From NCBI RefSeq assembly GCF_016903815.1, contig NZ_CP069970.1: a stretch of 39,407 bases of DNA; one strand, 5' to 3'. The notes under the pieces are model-generated. The model was not told where the DNA came from. It saw only the letters and a program-made list of their open reading frames with translations, and did not search any database. Every line of letters begins with the position of its first letter. Position 1 is the first letter of the stretch. The stretch is from Escherichia coli. Lineage in GTDB: Bacteria; Pseudomonadota; Gammaproteobacteria; Enterobacterales; Enterobacteriaceae. Positions 1 to 7,948 of this stretch are shown here, piece by piece. Both the position numbers and the translations under genes were made by a program.

Positions 1-1255
1 ATTCCGTTGATTTTACGGATTCACGAAAAAACTTTCTCAATTCATAATGGAATGAATCGCTGAAAGTATGGCTAAAACCTGATTCTTTTACTTCATCCAG
101 ATAATTTTTATCGACCTCGTAATTGTAACTTCTTTTGATAGAGGTATAGGTATCTGTTAATCGTTCAATCCCTGTTCTGAAGACGCTAATATTTTTATCG
201 TTAAGCGCATCGTAAGCCTCACCAAAGAAATCAAAAGTAATATCATCCAGATCCCTTTTGTTCTCAGGGCGCCCTGTTACAATACAACGACGCAATAACC
301 ACCGCCACAATCCTGAAACAGGCTTGACATTTCTCGATGACAATAAAGTCAGTTCACCAGAACGAACACCAAAGGAGGGCAGAATGATAATTTCCGCATC
401 CTGCCCATCTACCGCCTCTAGCCTTCTCAGTAGGAATAAAAAAGGCCTTATATAAATATCAGTAACAACATCACCTTTACTGATATTAGATTTAACATGA
501 AGCATATCGTCTTTCTCAGAAATTGAGTAAGGCAGTATTTTAATATTACCGAGGTAATTTTGACCTACATGACCCCCCGGGTAACGCAGCCACGCCTGAA
601 TATATGCTTTTTGAATGTAGTCATCCACTATCTGAGATAAAAAAAACTTATTCATTAGTCGATCGCGTTTGCTCTCATCCAGGACATTCAGACTGGAGAC
701 GAAGAACCAGATAGACAGAATAATATTGAAAAGCATCCACACAAAAGCTGTTACGGCAAAAGAAGTATTAAGATATCCGTCACCTATAGATAACGTCATA
801 CCGCCCAGCACGACAAATGCAGCCAGTGAAAGACCACTCAGGCCCGCAAACATATATCCGGAATGAAGTTGATACGCGGACTGAATATGGATCCTTGCTG
901 ATTTCTTTTGAAATAAAACACTTATAAGCCCCACAACCAGCGGAAATACAATACCGATTATAGTCAACTGGCTACCCAGTAAATTAGACATCCAATCTGA
1001 AAGCTTGGTAATGCCCTTAAAATGCTGCACAGCGAAAGGTAGCAATACAGGGCGAAAATATTCGACCACGCCAACAGCCCCGAAGGCTGCGGACCATAGA
1101 ACCAGCATAGCCCGGACGTAATGGGTGGAGCAGGAAACAAGTATTCTCTCCACCGGGTTCCAGCGAAGTTTTTTGTAATCCCGGTTCGACTTCAGGCTCC
1201 GTCGGAGTTCAGCTCTCACCTGCCATGAGACACTTTTCAGAAGTTTTCCAAACAT
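1..1255 (-). CDS. membrane protein, N-terminal part (gene runs off the window start)
   Basis: Hand translation of the minus strand: ATG at 1255-1253 (MFGKLLKSVSWQVRAELRR...), frame open to position 1 (at least 418 codons). Four hydrophobic helices in the first ~190 aa, then a soluble domain. AGGA lies 6 nt upstream of the ATG. Absent from the ORF track because no stop lies inside the window. Confidence 0.45.
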   Translation of the reverse strand, partial: MFGKLLKSVSWQVRAELRRSLKSNRDYKKLRWNPVERILVSCSTHYVRAMLVLWSAAFGAVGVVEYFRPVLLPFAVQHFKGITKLSDWMSNLLGSQLTIIGIVFPLVVGLISVLFQKKSARIHIQSAYQLHSGYMFAGLSGLSLAAFVVLGGMTLSIGDGYLNTSFAVTAFVWMLFNIILSIWFFVSSLNVLDESKRDRLMNKFFLSQIVDDYIQKAYIQAWLRYPGGHVGQNYLGNIKILPYSISEKDDMLHVKSNISKGDVVTDIYIRPFLFLLRRLEAVDGQDAEIIILPSFGVRSGELTLLSSRNVKPVSGLWRWLLRRCIVTGRPENKRDLDDITFDFFGEAYDALNDKNISVFRTGIERLTDTYTSIKRSYNYEVDKNYLDEVKESGFSHTFSDSFHYELRKFFRESVKSTE

Positions 1256-1414
1256 AGATATCCTGCGTATTACATAAGAAATTTTATGAATAATAAGCGG
1301 TAGGAACCTTTTTTTCTCTGGAAAATGTCACCCGATACCCTTCATACAGGCTTTGTCATCCTAAAATCCGGTTTAACCTTTTTTCGGATCTCCGATAAAA
1401 AAGAAAGAAATAGA

Positions 1415-1545
1415 GATATGCATAAACATATGCCTGGCATCTACATATGCTACCGCTATACATATGCCACACATCTGCCTATACTAAACATATGCACACA
1501 CCCGGTGCTTTGAATATTCCGGATATGTTTCACATATCCATATGC
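1415..1545. repeat. array of five ACATATGC-type direct repeats (CATATG cores near 1427, 1444, 1461, 1489, 1539) upstream of vapB
   Basis: Seen directly: the first three copies are spaced 17 bp apart, iteron-like. The array ends ~20 bp before the vapB start. Confidence 0.4.
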
Positions 1546-1561
1546 TCGGGAGAGAAAGAAC

Positions 1562-1792
1562 ATGAGAACCGTATCGATATTTAAAAATGGCAACAACCGC
1601 GCCATCCGTCTGCCTCGTGATCTGGATTTTGAGGGGGTGAGCGAGCTCGAGATCGTCCGGGAAGGGGACAGCATCATCCTGCGCCCCGTCCGGCCAACCT
1701 GGGGATCATTCCTAGAGTACGAAAAAGCCGATCCAGATTTTATGGCGGAGCGCGAGGATGTTGTCAGCGACGAAGGGCGATTTAACCTGTGA
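1562..1792 (+). CDS. vapB: VapB/VagC-family antitoxin (AbrB/SpoVT-type)
   Basis: 76-aa protein MRTVSIFKNGNNRAIRLPRDLDF..., closely resembling plasmid VagC antitoxin. Its stop overlaps the start of the next gene (GTGA). Confidence 0.85.
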   Translation: MRTVSIFKNGNNRAIRLPRDLDFEGVSELEIVREGDSIILRPVRPTWGSFLEYEKADPDFMAEREDVVSDEGRFNL

Positions 1793-2205
1793 ACAAGACT
1801 TATATGCTTGATACCTGTATCTGCTCGTTCATCATGCGTGAACAGCCAGAAGCCGTCCTGAAGCGTCTGGAGCAGGCGGTGCTACGCGGCCACCGTATAG
1901 TGGTCTCGGCCATCACCTACTCTGAAATGCGCTTCGGGGCTACCGGCCCAAAGGCCTCACCACGTCACGTCCAACTGGTCGATGAATTCTGCGCCCGCCT
2001 CGATGCCATCCTGCCCTGGGATCGCGCCGCAGTAGACGCCACCACGAAGATTAAAGTGGCACTGCGGCTGGCCGGGACGCCGATCGGCCCGAACGACACG
2101 GCGATTGCCGGGCACGCCATCGCCGCCGGGGCGATACTGGTAACGAATAATACAAGAGAATTTGAGCGAGTGCCTGACCTGGTGCTGGAAGACTGGGTGA
2201 AGTAA
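1789..2205 (+). CDS. vapC: VapC/VagD-family PIN-domain toxin
   Basis: PIN signature: N-terminal MLDTCIC (Asp), internal acidic residues, C-terminal TNNTREFERV. GTG start overlaps the vapB stop by 4 nt. Confidence 0.85.
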   Translation: MNKTYMLDTCICSFIMREQPEAVLKRLEQAVLRGHRIVVSAITYSEMRFGATGPKASPRHVQLVDEFCARLDAILPWDRAAVDATTKIKVALRLAGTPIGPNDTAIAGHAIAAGAILVTNNTREFERVPDLVLEDWVK

Positions 2206-2242
2206 GACACTCTTTTCAAAGTCAGGAGATAAGGGCACCAAG

Positions 2243-2267
2243 AAACAGCCCGTATACGGGCTGTTTT
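2243..2267. terminator. hairpin AAACAGCCCG-TATA-CGGGCTGTTTT between convergent vapC and ATPase genes
   Basis: Perfect 9-10 bp stem with A-run upstream and T-run downstream, placed between two convergent gene ends (2205 and 2367). Confidence 0.6.
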
Positions 2268-2366
2268 AACAGATATCTACAGTAAGCGGTCCTAAACTGT
2301 AGGGTATCTTCGAAGATCAGACTATCAGGGAGCTAAAGCCTATCTTCCGGCGGCAAAAACAGTGGC

Positions 2367-4505
2367 TCAAGCGATACGGGCAACCGAGCTCTGGTTTGCT
2401 GCCGGTGGCAGGGCGATGAGCTTGTCACATTCCATAATCACGTACTCCGGGATGAGATCGAATCTGGACGGATCTAGTTGACAGATGAACTCATTTTCAA
2501 TGTGGTACGTTTCGTTAACGAATTTTCGTATTACCGGATGGTCCTGATCCAGTTCCAGTAAACGGAATACCTGCAGTTTTTCATAGCCGTTACGACAGCG
2601 ACGGTACAGGTTTTTTATTTCATCTGGGCTGCTGACGAGAGCCTGAAGTCGCGGGTAATCAAAACTGTCCACATACTCCCGGATATCCCGCAAGGCCTGC
2701 TGAATTTTCTCAGGAGCCATTTTGGGATAGCCCGAGCCCGCAGCGGCAGGCTCGCGATAATCCAGCGGGGCGACGCGTCGATGGAATAGATTGGATAGAA
2801 GCTGATAAGCATCACCACGTTCGTCAACGATTTCAAAGTAGCGACGAAGATAGATGAGCTTAATGATCTCCTCACAGTCTGCTGACGCGGTGATGGATTT
2901 GCAGATCTGCATGAATGTCATGATATCGCCGTCGTTAACAGGTAATTCTTCTATGACTCCAGCAGACAGGCGCAGGCAGGAGGCGGTCACCTGATTACTG
3001 AACAACCTTCTGACTGACTTCAGCGTGTCAATCACAGGCTCCACGTCATGCGTCAGCATAAGTACAGTCCGGTTCTTCAGGCATTCACCACTTGCACGTC
3101 TGAACAGCATTTCAAGAATGGCAAACTTCTTGTTTTTATCAAAAGAAGATATGGGATCATCAAGGATAATCAGTCCCGGGTTTTTTGACAGGCATTCATA
3201 CATGAATAACACAATCGCAAAGGCGTTCCGTTCTCCATAGCTGAGATGCTGGCTACCGCCGCTGACGTACCCGTCAAAATCTATGTGTCGTAGCCTGAGT
3301 TTTCTCTGCTCTCCCTCGCCGGCTATATCCACCCTGTATTTATAGCCTGCATAAGTGAGGAAATTATTGATGTTTGTTTTGTGCTGTGCGATCAGCCGGA
3401 TCATGCTGTCCCGGTGCCGGTTAATTTTTCCCTGCAGCGGTCCGGCAAGGTTTATCAGGTCCATAAGGGCCGCGTTCAGTCTGTCGGTGATCCCCTGCAT
3501 GAGTTCGGATTGCAGATCAGGGAAGAACTGCAGGTCAATCAACCTGGCAGTGAGCACCTCCCGAACGTTCTGCTGTTCCTGCAGGCTGAAAACATTCAGG
3601 CCTCTCAGCGCAGTGAGTTTCTCTGTCAGCGTATCGGTCTGGCGTTTCAACGCCACTAGGTACTCGATATGTTCGGCTTCCGGACCGTTCTGAAGCATAG
3701 TAATGGCCAGAAGGCGTTCTCTGGCGCTCTCCGTCAGGTAATTACCGAGGTTTTCCACCAGTCTGATGATAGCGGTCAGGTTTTTAATGGTGGATTTATC
3801 GTATTCCTCTCTGACTTGGCGAATTTGTGCTTCCTTTCCCGTGATATCACCGGTACAGAACGGACAGCAGCCATCCGAAAGGGGCGAAAACTCGAGTCCC
3901 TTTGTCTGCCAGTCAATCCATTCCACGCGGCGTTCACTGCGGATGTAGGGTTGATAGTTCTCAAGACCAGCCGGAATGTGGTGTATTTTATTTCCGCCTG
4001 ACAGACCTCTCATGCCGGTTGAAGAACGTGAAATCCCGGAACTGGTTGATTTGAAAGCATTACTGAGTTCCTGTAGATGGTCTATCAGAGAGTTCAGCTC
4101 AGTGTGATCCGTGAAAACAGCCCGGATCTTTTGCGTCATTTCTTCTATTTCACGCTCTCTTTCCGCATGGGCTTGATTGCGGATAAGAATATTAAAGCTG
4201 TCACTGATGAGCTCGTCCGGTTGGAACGTAAACTGACTGACGTACTCCTCGTTGAAGCACATCACGTCCCCAATCCCGTCAGCACCGATGACAATGGGCC
4301 CGGTGCTATCGGGGTTTTCTCCGCGCAGCCGGAAGGGCATCAGTGCCTGTAGTCCCTGAATGTCGTCCCGCGCCGCACAGCTTATGGCCCGTGACAGCGT
4401 ACTTTTTCCAGTACCATTTGGCGCAAACTTAATGTTCAGTTTATCGGCAGTGAGGGTGATATGTGCTCGTACGATGTTATTGCAGTGGCGTATTTCAATG
4501 TCCAT
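2367..4505 (-). CDS. ABC-type ATPase with coiled-coil zinc hook (AAA_13 family; RloC/PrrC-like candidate)
   Basis: 712 aa. Walker A FAPNGTGKST (aa 27-36), CCPFC zinc-hook-like motif inside a long predicted coiled-coil insert, ABC signature-like LSYGERN, Walker B LIILDDP, H-loop LTHD. C-terminal region has R-x3-E (LRRYFE) followed by His (LFHRR), reminiscent of the PrrC/RloC anticodon-nuclease triad. Confidence 0.6.
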   Translation of the reverse strand: MDIEIRHCNNIVRAHITLTADKLNIKFAPNGTGKSTLSRAISCAARDDIQGLQALMPFRLRGENPDSTGPIVIGADGIGDVMCFNEEYVSQFTFQPDELISDSFNILIRNQAHAEREREIEEMTQKIRAVFTDHTELNSLIDHLQELSNAFKSTSSGISRSSTGMRGLSGGNKIHHIPAGLENYQPYIRSERRVEWIDWQTKGLEFSPLSDGCCPFCTGDITGKEAQIRQVREEYDKSTIKNLTAIIRLVENLGNYLTESARERLLAITMLQNGPEAEHIEYLVALKRQTDTLTEKLTALRGLNVFSLQEQQNVREVLTARLIDLQFFPDLQSELMQGITDRLNAALMDLINLAGPLQGKINRHRDSMIRLIAQHKTNINNFLTYAGYKYRVDIAGEGEQRKLRLRHIDFDGYVSGGSQHLSYGERNAFAIVLFMYECLSKNPGLIILDDPISSFDKNKKFAILEMLFRRASGECLKNRTVLMLTHDVEPVIDTLKSVRRLFSNQVTASCLRLSAGVIEELPVNDGDIMTFMQICKSITASADCEEIIKLIYLRRYFEIVDERGDAYQLLSNLFHRRVAPLDYREPAAAGSGYPKMAPEKIQQALRDIREYVDSFDYPRLQALVSSPDEIKNLYRRCRNGYEKLQVFRLLELDQDHPVIRKFVNETYHIENEFICQLDPSRFDLIPEYVIMECDKLIALPPAANQSSVARIA

Positions 4506-4653
4506 TTATCTGTCCTTTGCCAGTTATTCCGGGGGGATTCATATCCTGCCGCAAAATGTGCCCGCATGCTGTGATGCAGATACATAATACATTTCGTTTA
4601 TACCATTGCTTACACCTCTCCGAGATGTTCATATCAGAAACAAAGATTAGGTC

Positions 4654-4679
4654 GATCCGACTTTTACTTTTTTCGGATC
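4654..4679. promoter_or_regulatory. inverted repeat GATCCGA-N12-TCGGATC in the divergent ATPase/NTase intergenic region
   Basis: Seen directly. Its right arm and T-run (TTTTTTCGGATCTC, ~4668-4681) recur nearly identically at ~1379-1392 upstream of vapB. Confidence 0.3.
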
Positions 4680-4969
4680 TCTGGAGAGGGGAAGAAGGAT
4701 TTGTGCTGATGATGCAATACTAATGATATATTTTGAACTTAATTGCATTATTGCTTATCTGGCATTAATAACTGAAATACTTTGCATAATTATCAATGAA
4801 AGAACGAGGCTCATATTTCCCATGTAAATTATATGCCCTTGCAGAGAGCGAGACGGTAGTGAACTTGCGGCACTAATAATAAACTGTACCGACTCTTCCC
4901 GGGCACTGGAATGTTCAGATGTACGACAGAGCCCCGCGCCTTTTGCAATAAATAATTAAAGGACTGAAC

Positions 4970-5965
4970 ATGGCGACCACAGTAATAGCTGCCTTTAACG
5001 AATTTATGAAAGATACCGTGAATCTCAAAAAGGCAGATACCGATGACGCGCGTGCAAGTCGCGACTGGCTTATCGGTAAGATGAATGATTTTGAGAAGGA
5101 CGATAAATTTCCGGTGAGTTTTCCAGCGATCCATATTGCCTTTGGCTCCTTTGCCAGAAGAACCAAAATCCGTCCGCTTGATGATATCGATCTGATGTTT
5201 GGCTTAACCGGGCAAGGTGCCACCTATACCATCCTGAGTGACCGGATAACTGTAACCTCCTCCGGAGAGGGGTCACGTCTGCACAGTTACCGCCATTCCG
5301 GAGCTGACACCGTCTGCTCCGTCAGAATTCTGAATGCCTTTAAAAACCGCCTGCAGGACATTGCCCAGTACGCCCAGGCTGATATCAGGCGTAACCAGGA
5401 AGCTGTCACGCTGAAACTGGTCAGCAAGGACTGGAATTTTGACATCGTCCCCTGCTTTATTACCAGCGAAGATGCCTTTGGACGGACTTACTACCTGATC
5501 CCCGATGGCAACGGCCACTGGAAGTTTACCGACCCCCGTAAAGACAGGGACAGAGTCACTACTATCAATGTGCAGAATAACGGCAATGTGCTCAATGTCA
5601 TCAGAGCAGTCAAATACTGGCAGCGGCGACCGACGATGCCATCCATGAGTTCCTACCTGCTGGAAACGCTGATTCTGGACTATTACGCTGGCAGGACATC
5701 CTGCTCATCGTTTGTTGACATGGAGCTGGAAGCGCTTTTCCGCCACCTTGGTCAATCCGTGCGGTACTCTGTCAACGATCCCAAAGGCATACAGGGTGAT
5801 ATCAACTCACTTTCAGCCGAGGCACGTAAGGCGATATCGGACAGATGTTATCTCGATGCGCAAAAGGTATCGGAGGCGAGATGGTTTGAAAATAATAAAG
5901 AGTATGAAAAATCCATCAATAAATGGCGCGATGTGTTCGGGCCATTCTTTCCTGTTTACGGGTGA
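4970..5965 (+). CDS. Pol-beta superfamily nucleotidyltransferase, SMODS / cGAS-DncV-like (CD-NTase-like)
   Basis: 331 aa. Active-site pattern G59-S60, then D72-x-D74 (HIAFGSFARRTKIRPLDDIDLMF), third Asp D158 in NFDIVPCF. Good SD (AAAGGA) before the ATG. Confidence 0.65.
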   Translation: MATTVIAAFNEFMKDTVNLKKADTDDARASRDWLIGKMNDFEKDDKFPVSFPAIHIAFGSFARRTKIRPLDDIDLMFGLTGQGATYTILSDRITVTSSGEGSRLHSYRHSGADTVCSVRILNAFKNRLQDIAQYAQADIRRNQEAVTLKLVSKDWNFDIVPCFITSEDAFGRTYYLIPDGNGHWKFTDPRKDRDRVTTINVQNNGNVLNVIRAVKYWQRRPTMPSMSSYLLETLILDYYAGRTSCSSFVDMELEALFRHLGQSVRYSVNDPKGIQGDINSLSAEARKAISDRCYLDAQKVSEARWFENNKEYEKSINKWRDVFGPFFPVYG

Positions 5966-5968
5966 ATC

Positions 5969-6901
5969 ATGAATGCCATTTACACAAACCAGTCGACCAG
6001 AGAAAACATGGATTTACTGTATGCGCAGGCCCGTGTCTACGACAGGGTAAAAAACTGGAACAGACTGAATTTTCTCTTCAGCATCATCGTACCGCTCCTG
6101 CTTTCTTTCGTTACCGTATACAACCGGAGCCGGGAATTTGTCGATTCAGAGTTGTTGTCTTCGCTGTTGGGGTTATATGGACTCCTGGTGCTTACCTTTA
6201 ACATTGTTATCAGTGGACACATCTCGGCTCTGCGCAGGAAGGCAGCCTCAATCCAGGAAATGTACGACTGCCGGGTACTTGGCATCCGGCGTAATGAACT
6301 GAAGGTGGAGGAGATCCCACGGGATGACATCATCCGGGAAGCTGCATATTTTAGAGACAGCCCGGAAAAAGCACGAAAGCGATTTGGCGAAGAGGGGTGG
6401 TACGTCAGTAAGGTGTATGACGCGCCGCAGGCCGTAATGGCGCTCCTTTGCCACGGAAAAAATCTCGGCTGGGACAAATCGCTCAGGGAGGTTCTGCACG
6501 TATTTTATCTTTCCGCTTTTATTGTCTCGCCTGTCGCGATGCTTGTTTACGGCATCGTCATGAAATCCGGGCTGAATGAGATCCTCTTCTATGTGGTGTT
6601 CACACTGCCGGTCATCCGCTATTTCTTGCTTCAGTTTCTGGATAATCGCAGCAGTATGAAAAGAAGCGAGAAGCTGAAAAAGTACGTTGAGAAGGAATTA
6701 TCCGGCATAAGGGTGTCCGGAAGGGCAGAAGAAGAGCAACTGGCTTATACGCTCCGGAATATCCAAGATGAGATGTTTACCTACCGGGCCTCATGTCCGC
6801 CCGTACCCAACGGTATTCAGCTGATAATGAAGCCCAAAAATGAACGAATTTATGTTGATTACTTTGAAACAAATCTGAAGGAGCTGCACCTTCAGAAGTA
6901 A
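5969..6901 (+). CDS. 4-TM membrane protein, putative effector partner of the nucleotidyltransferase
   Basis: 310 aa. ATG is 3 nt after the NTase stop, with an SD inside the NTase 3' end. Hydrophobic helices at ~aa 33-51 and 62-86, two more at ~175-225, a ~90-aa cytoplasmic insert and an ~80-aa C-terminal tail. Confidence 0.55.
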   Translation: MNAIYTNQSTRENMDLLYAQARVYDRVKNWNRLNFLFSIIVPLLLSFVTVYNRSREFVDSELLSSLLGLYGLLVLTFNIVISGHISALRRKAASIQEMYDCRVLGIRRNELKVEEIPRDDIIREAAYFRDSPEKARKRFGEEGWYVSKVYDAPQAVMALLCHGKNLGWDKSLREVLHVFYLSAFIVSPVAMLVYGIVMKSGLNEILFYVVFTLPVIRYFLLQFLDNRSSMKRSEKLKKYVEKELSGIRVSGRAEEEQLAYTLRNIQDEMFTYRASCPPVPNGIQLIMKPKNERIYVDYFETNLKELHLQK

Positions 6902-7037
6902 TCCCTCCTTAGCTCCGGTGTAGGATTTACGTATGCCGGAGCACATCCGATAAACAATTCTTGGTTGCCTGAGTGTCAGCGTAAACCCATAGTCACCTTC
7001 GCCTCAGACGGTTAGTAACACAGGTAATGACTCCAAC

Positions 7038-7541
7038 TTACTGATAGTGTTTTATGTTCAGATAATGCCCGATGACTTTGTCATGCAGCTCCACCGATTT
7101 TGAGAACGACAGCGACTTCCGTCCCAGCCGTGCCAGGTGCTGCCTCAGATTCAGGTTATGCCGCTCAATTCGCTGAGTGTAACGCTTGCTGATTACGTGC
7201 AGCTTTCCTTTCAGGCGGGATTCATACAGCGGCCAGCCATCCGTCATCCATATCACCACGTCAAAGGGTGACAGCAGGCTCATAAGACGCCCCAGCGTCG
7301 CCATAGTGCGTTCACCGAATACGTGCGCAACAACCGTCTTCCGGAGCCTGTCATACGCGTAAAACAGCCAGCGCTGGCGCGATTTAGCCCCGACGTATCC
7401 CCACTGTTCGTCCATTTCCGCGCAGACGATGACGTCACTGCCCGGCTGTATGCGCGAGGTTACCGACTGCAGCCTGAGTTTTTTAAGTGACGTAAAATCG
7501 TGTTGAGGCCAACGCCCATAATGCGGGCTGTTGCCCGGCAT
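7038..7541 (-). CDS. insB: IS1 InsB reading frame (expressed as the InsAB' frameshift fusion)
   Basis: Protein matches the IS1 transposase InsB; overlaps insA as in canonical IS1. Confidence 0.9.
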   Translation of the reverse strand: MPGNSPHYGRWPQHDFTSLKKLRLQSVTSRIQPGSDVIVCAEMDEQWGYVGAKSRQRWLFYAYDRLRKTVVAHVFGERTMATLGRLMSLLSPFDVVIWMTDGWPLYESRLKGKLHVISKRYTQRIERHNLNLRQHLARLGRKSLSFSKSVELHDKVIGHYLNIKHYQ

Positions 7542-7735
7542 CCAACGCCATTCATGGCCATATCAATGATTTTCTGGTGCGTACCGGGTTGAGAAGCGGT
7601 GTAAGTGAACTGCAGTTGCCATGTTTTACGGCAGTGAGAGCAGAGATAGCGCTGATGTCCGGCAGTGCTTTTGCCGTTACGCACCACCCCGTCAGTAGCT
7701 GAACAGGAGGGACAGCTGATAGAAACAGAAGCCAC
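7460..7735 (-). CDS. insA: IS1 InsA
   Basis: [30 protein letters not shown]... matches IS1 InsA; GTG start. Confidence 0.9.
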   Translation of the reverse strand: MASVSISCPSCSATDGVVRNGKSTAGHQRYLCSHCRKTWQLQFTYTASQPGTHQKIIDMAMNGVGCRATARIMGVGLNTILRHLKNSGCSR

Positions 7736-7948
7736 AGGAGCACCTCAAAAACACCATCATACACTAAATCAGTAAGTTGGCAGCATCACCGGCATTCAAA
7801 ATCATTATGACCGCGATCTATTTCTGGCTGTTCTCTATCACTTTTGGCGGCATCGTCGCTCATGGGTAAGGGGAGTATATTAGCCATTTGGAACCCCACG
7901 GTCTCTTGCGGGTTTAATTAAGAACCCGCAAGAAAAATACGAATTGGG

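Larger units (their letters stand above)
7023..7790 (-). mobile_element. IS1 insertion sequence (768 bp)
   Basis: Terminal inverted repeats GGTAATGACTCCAACTTA... (7023) and ...GGTGATGCTGCCAACTTACTG (reverse, ending 7790); contains insA and insB. The 9 bp on either flank differ (AGTAACACA vs GGCATTCAA), so there is no target-site duplication. Confidence 0.95.

Noticed and set aside
258-866. Two 65-aa plus-strand track ORFs (258-455, 669-866)
   Set aside because: They lie antisense within the long open minus-strand membrane-protein frame; no RBS, no motifs; typical shadow ORFs.
7895-7925. Perfect 10-bp inverted repeat CTTGCGGGTT/AACCCGCAAG downstream of the hsdR stop as a terminator
   Set aside because: On the hsdR (minus) transcript the U-run precedes the hairpin, so it does not fit an intrinsic terminator; function left open.
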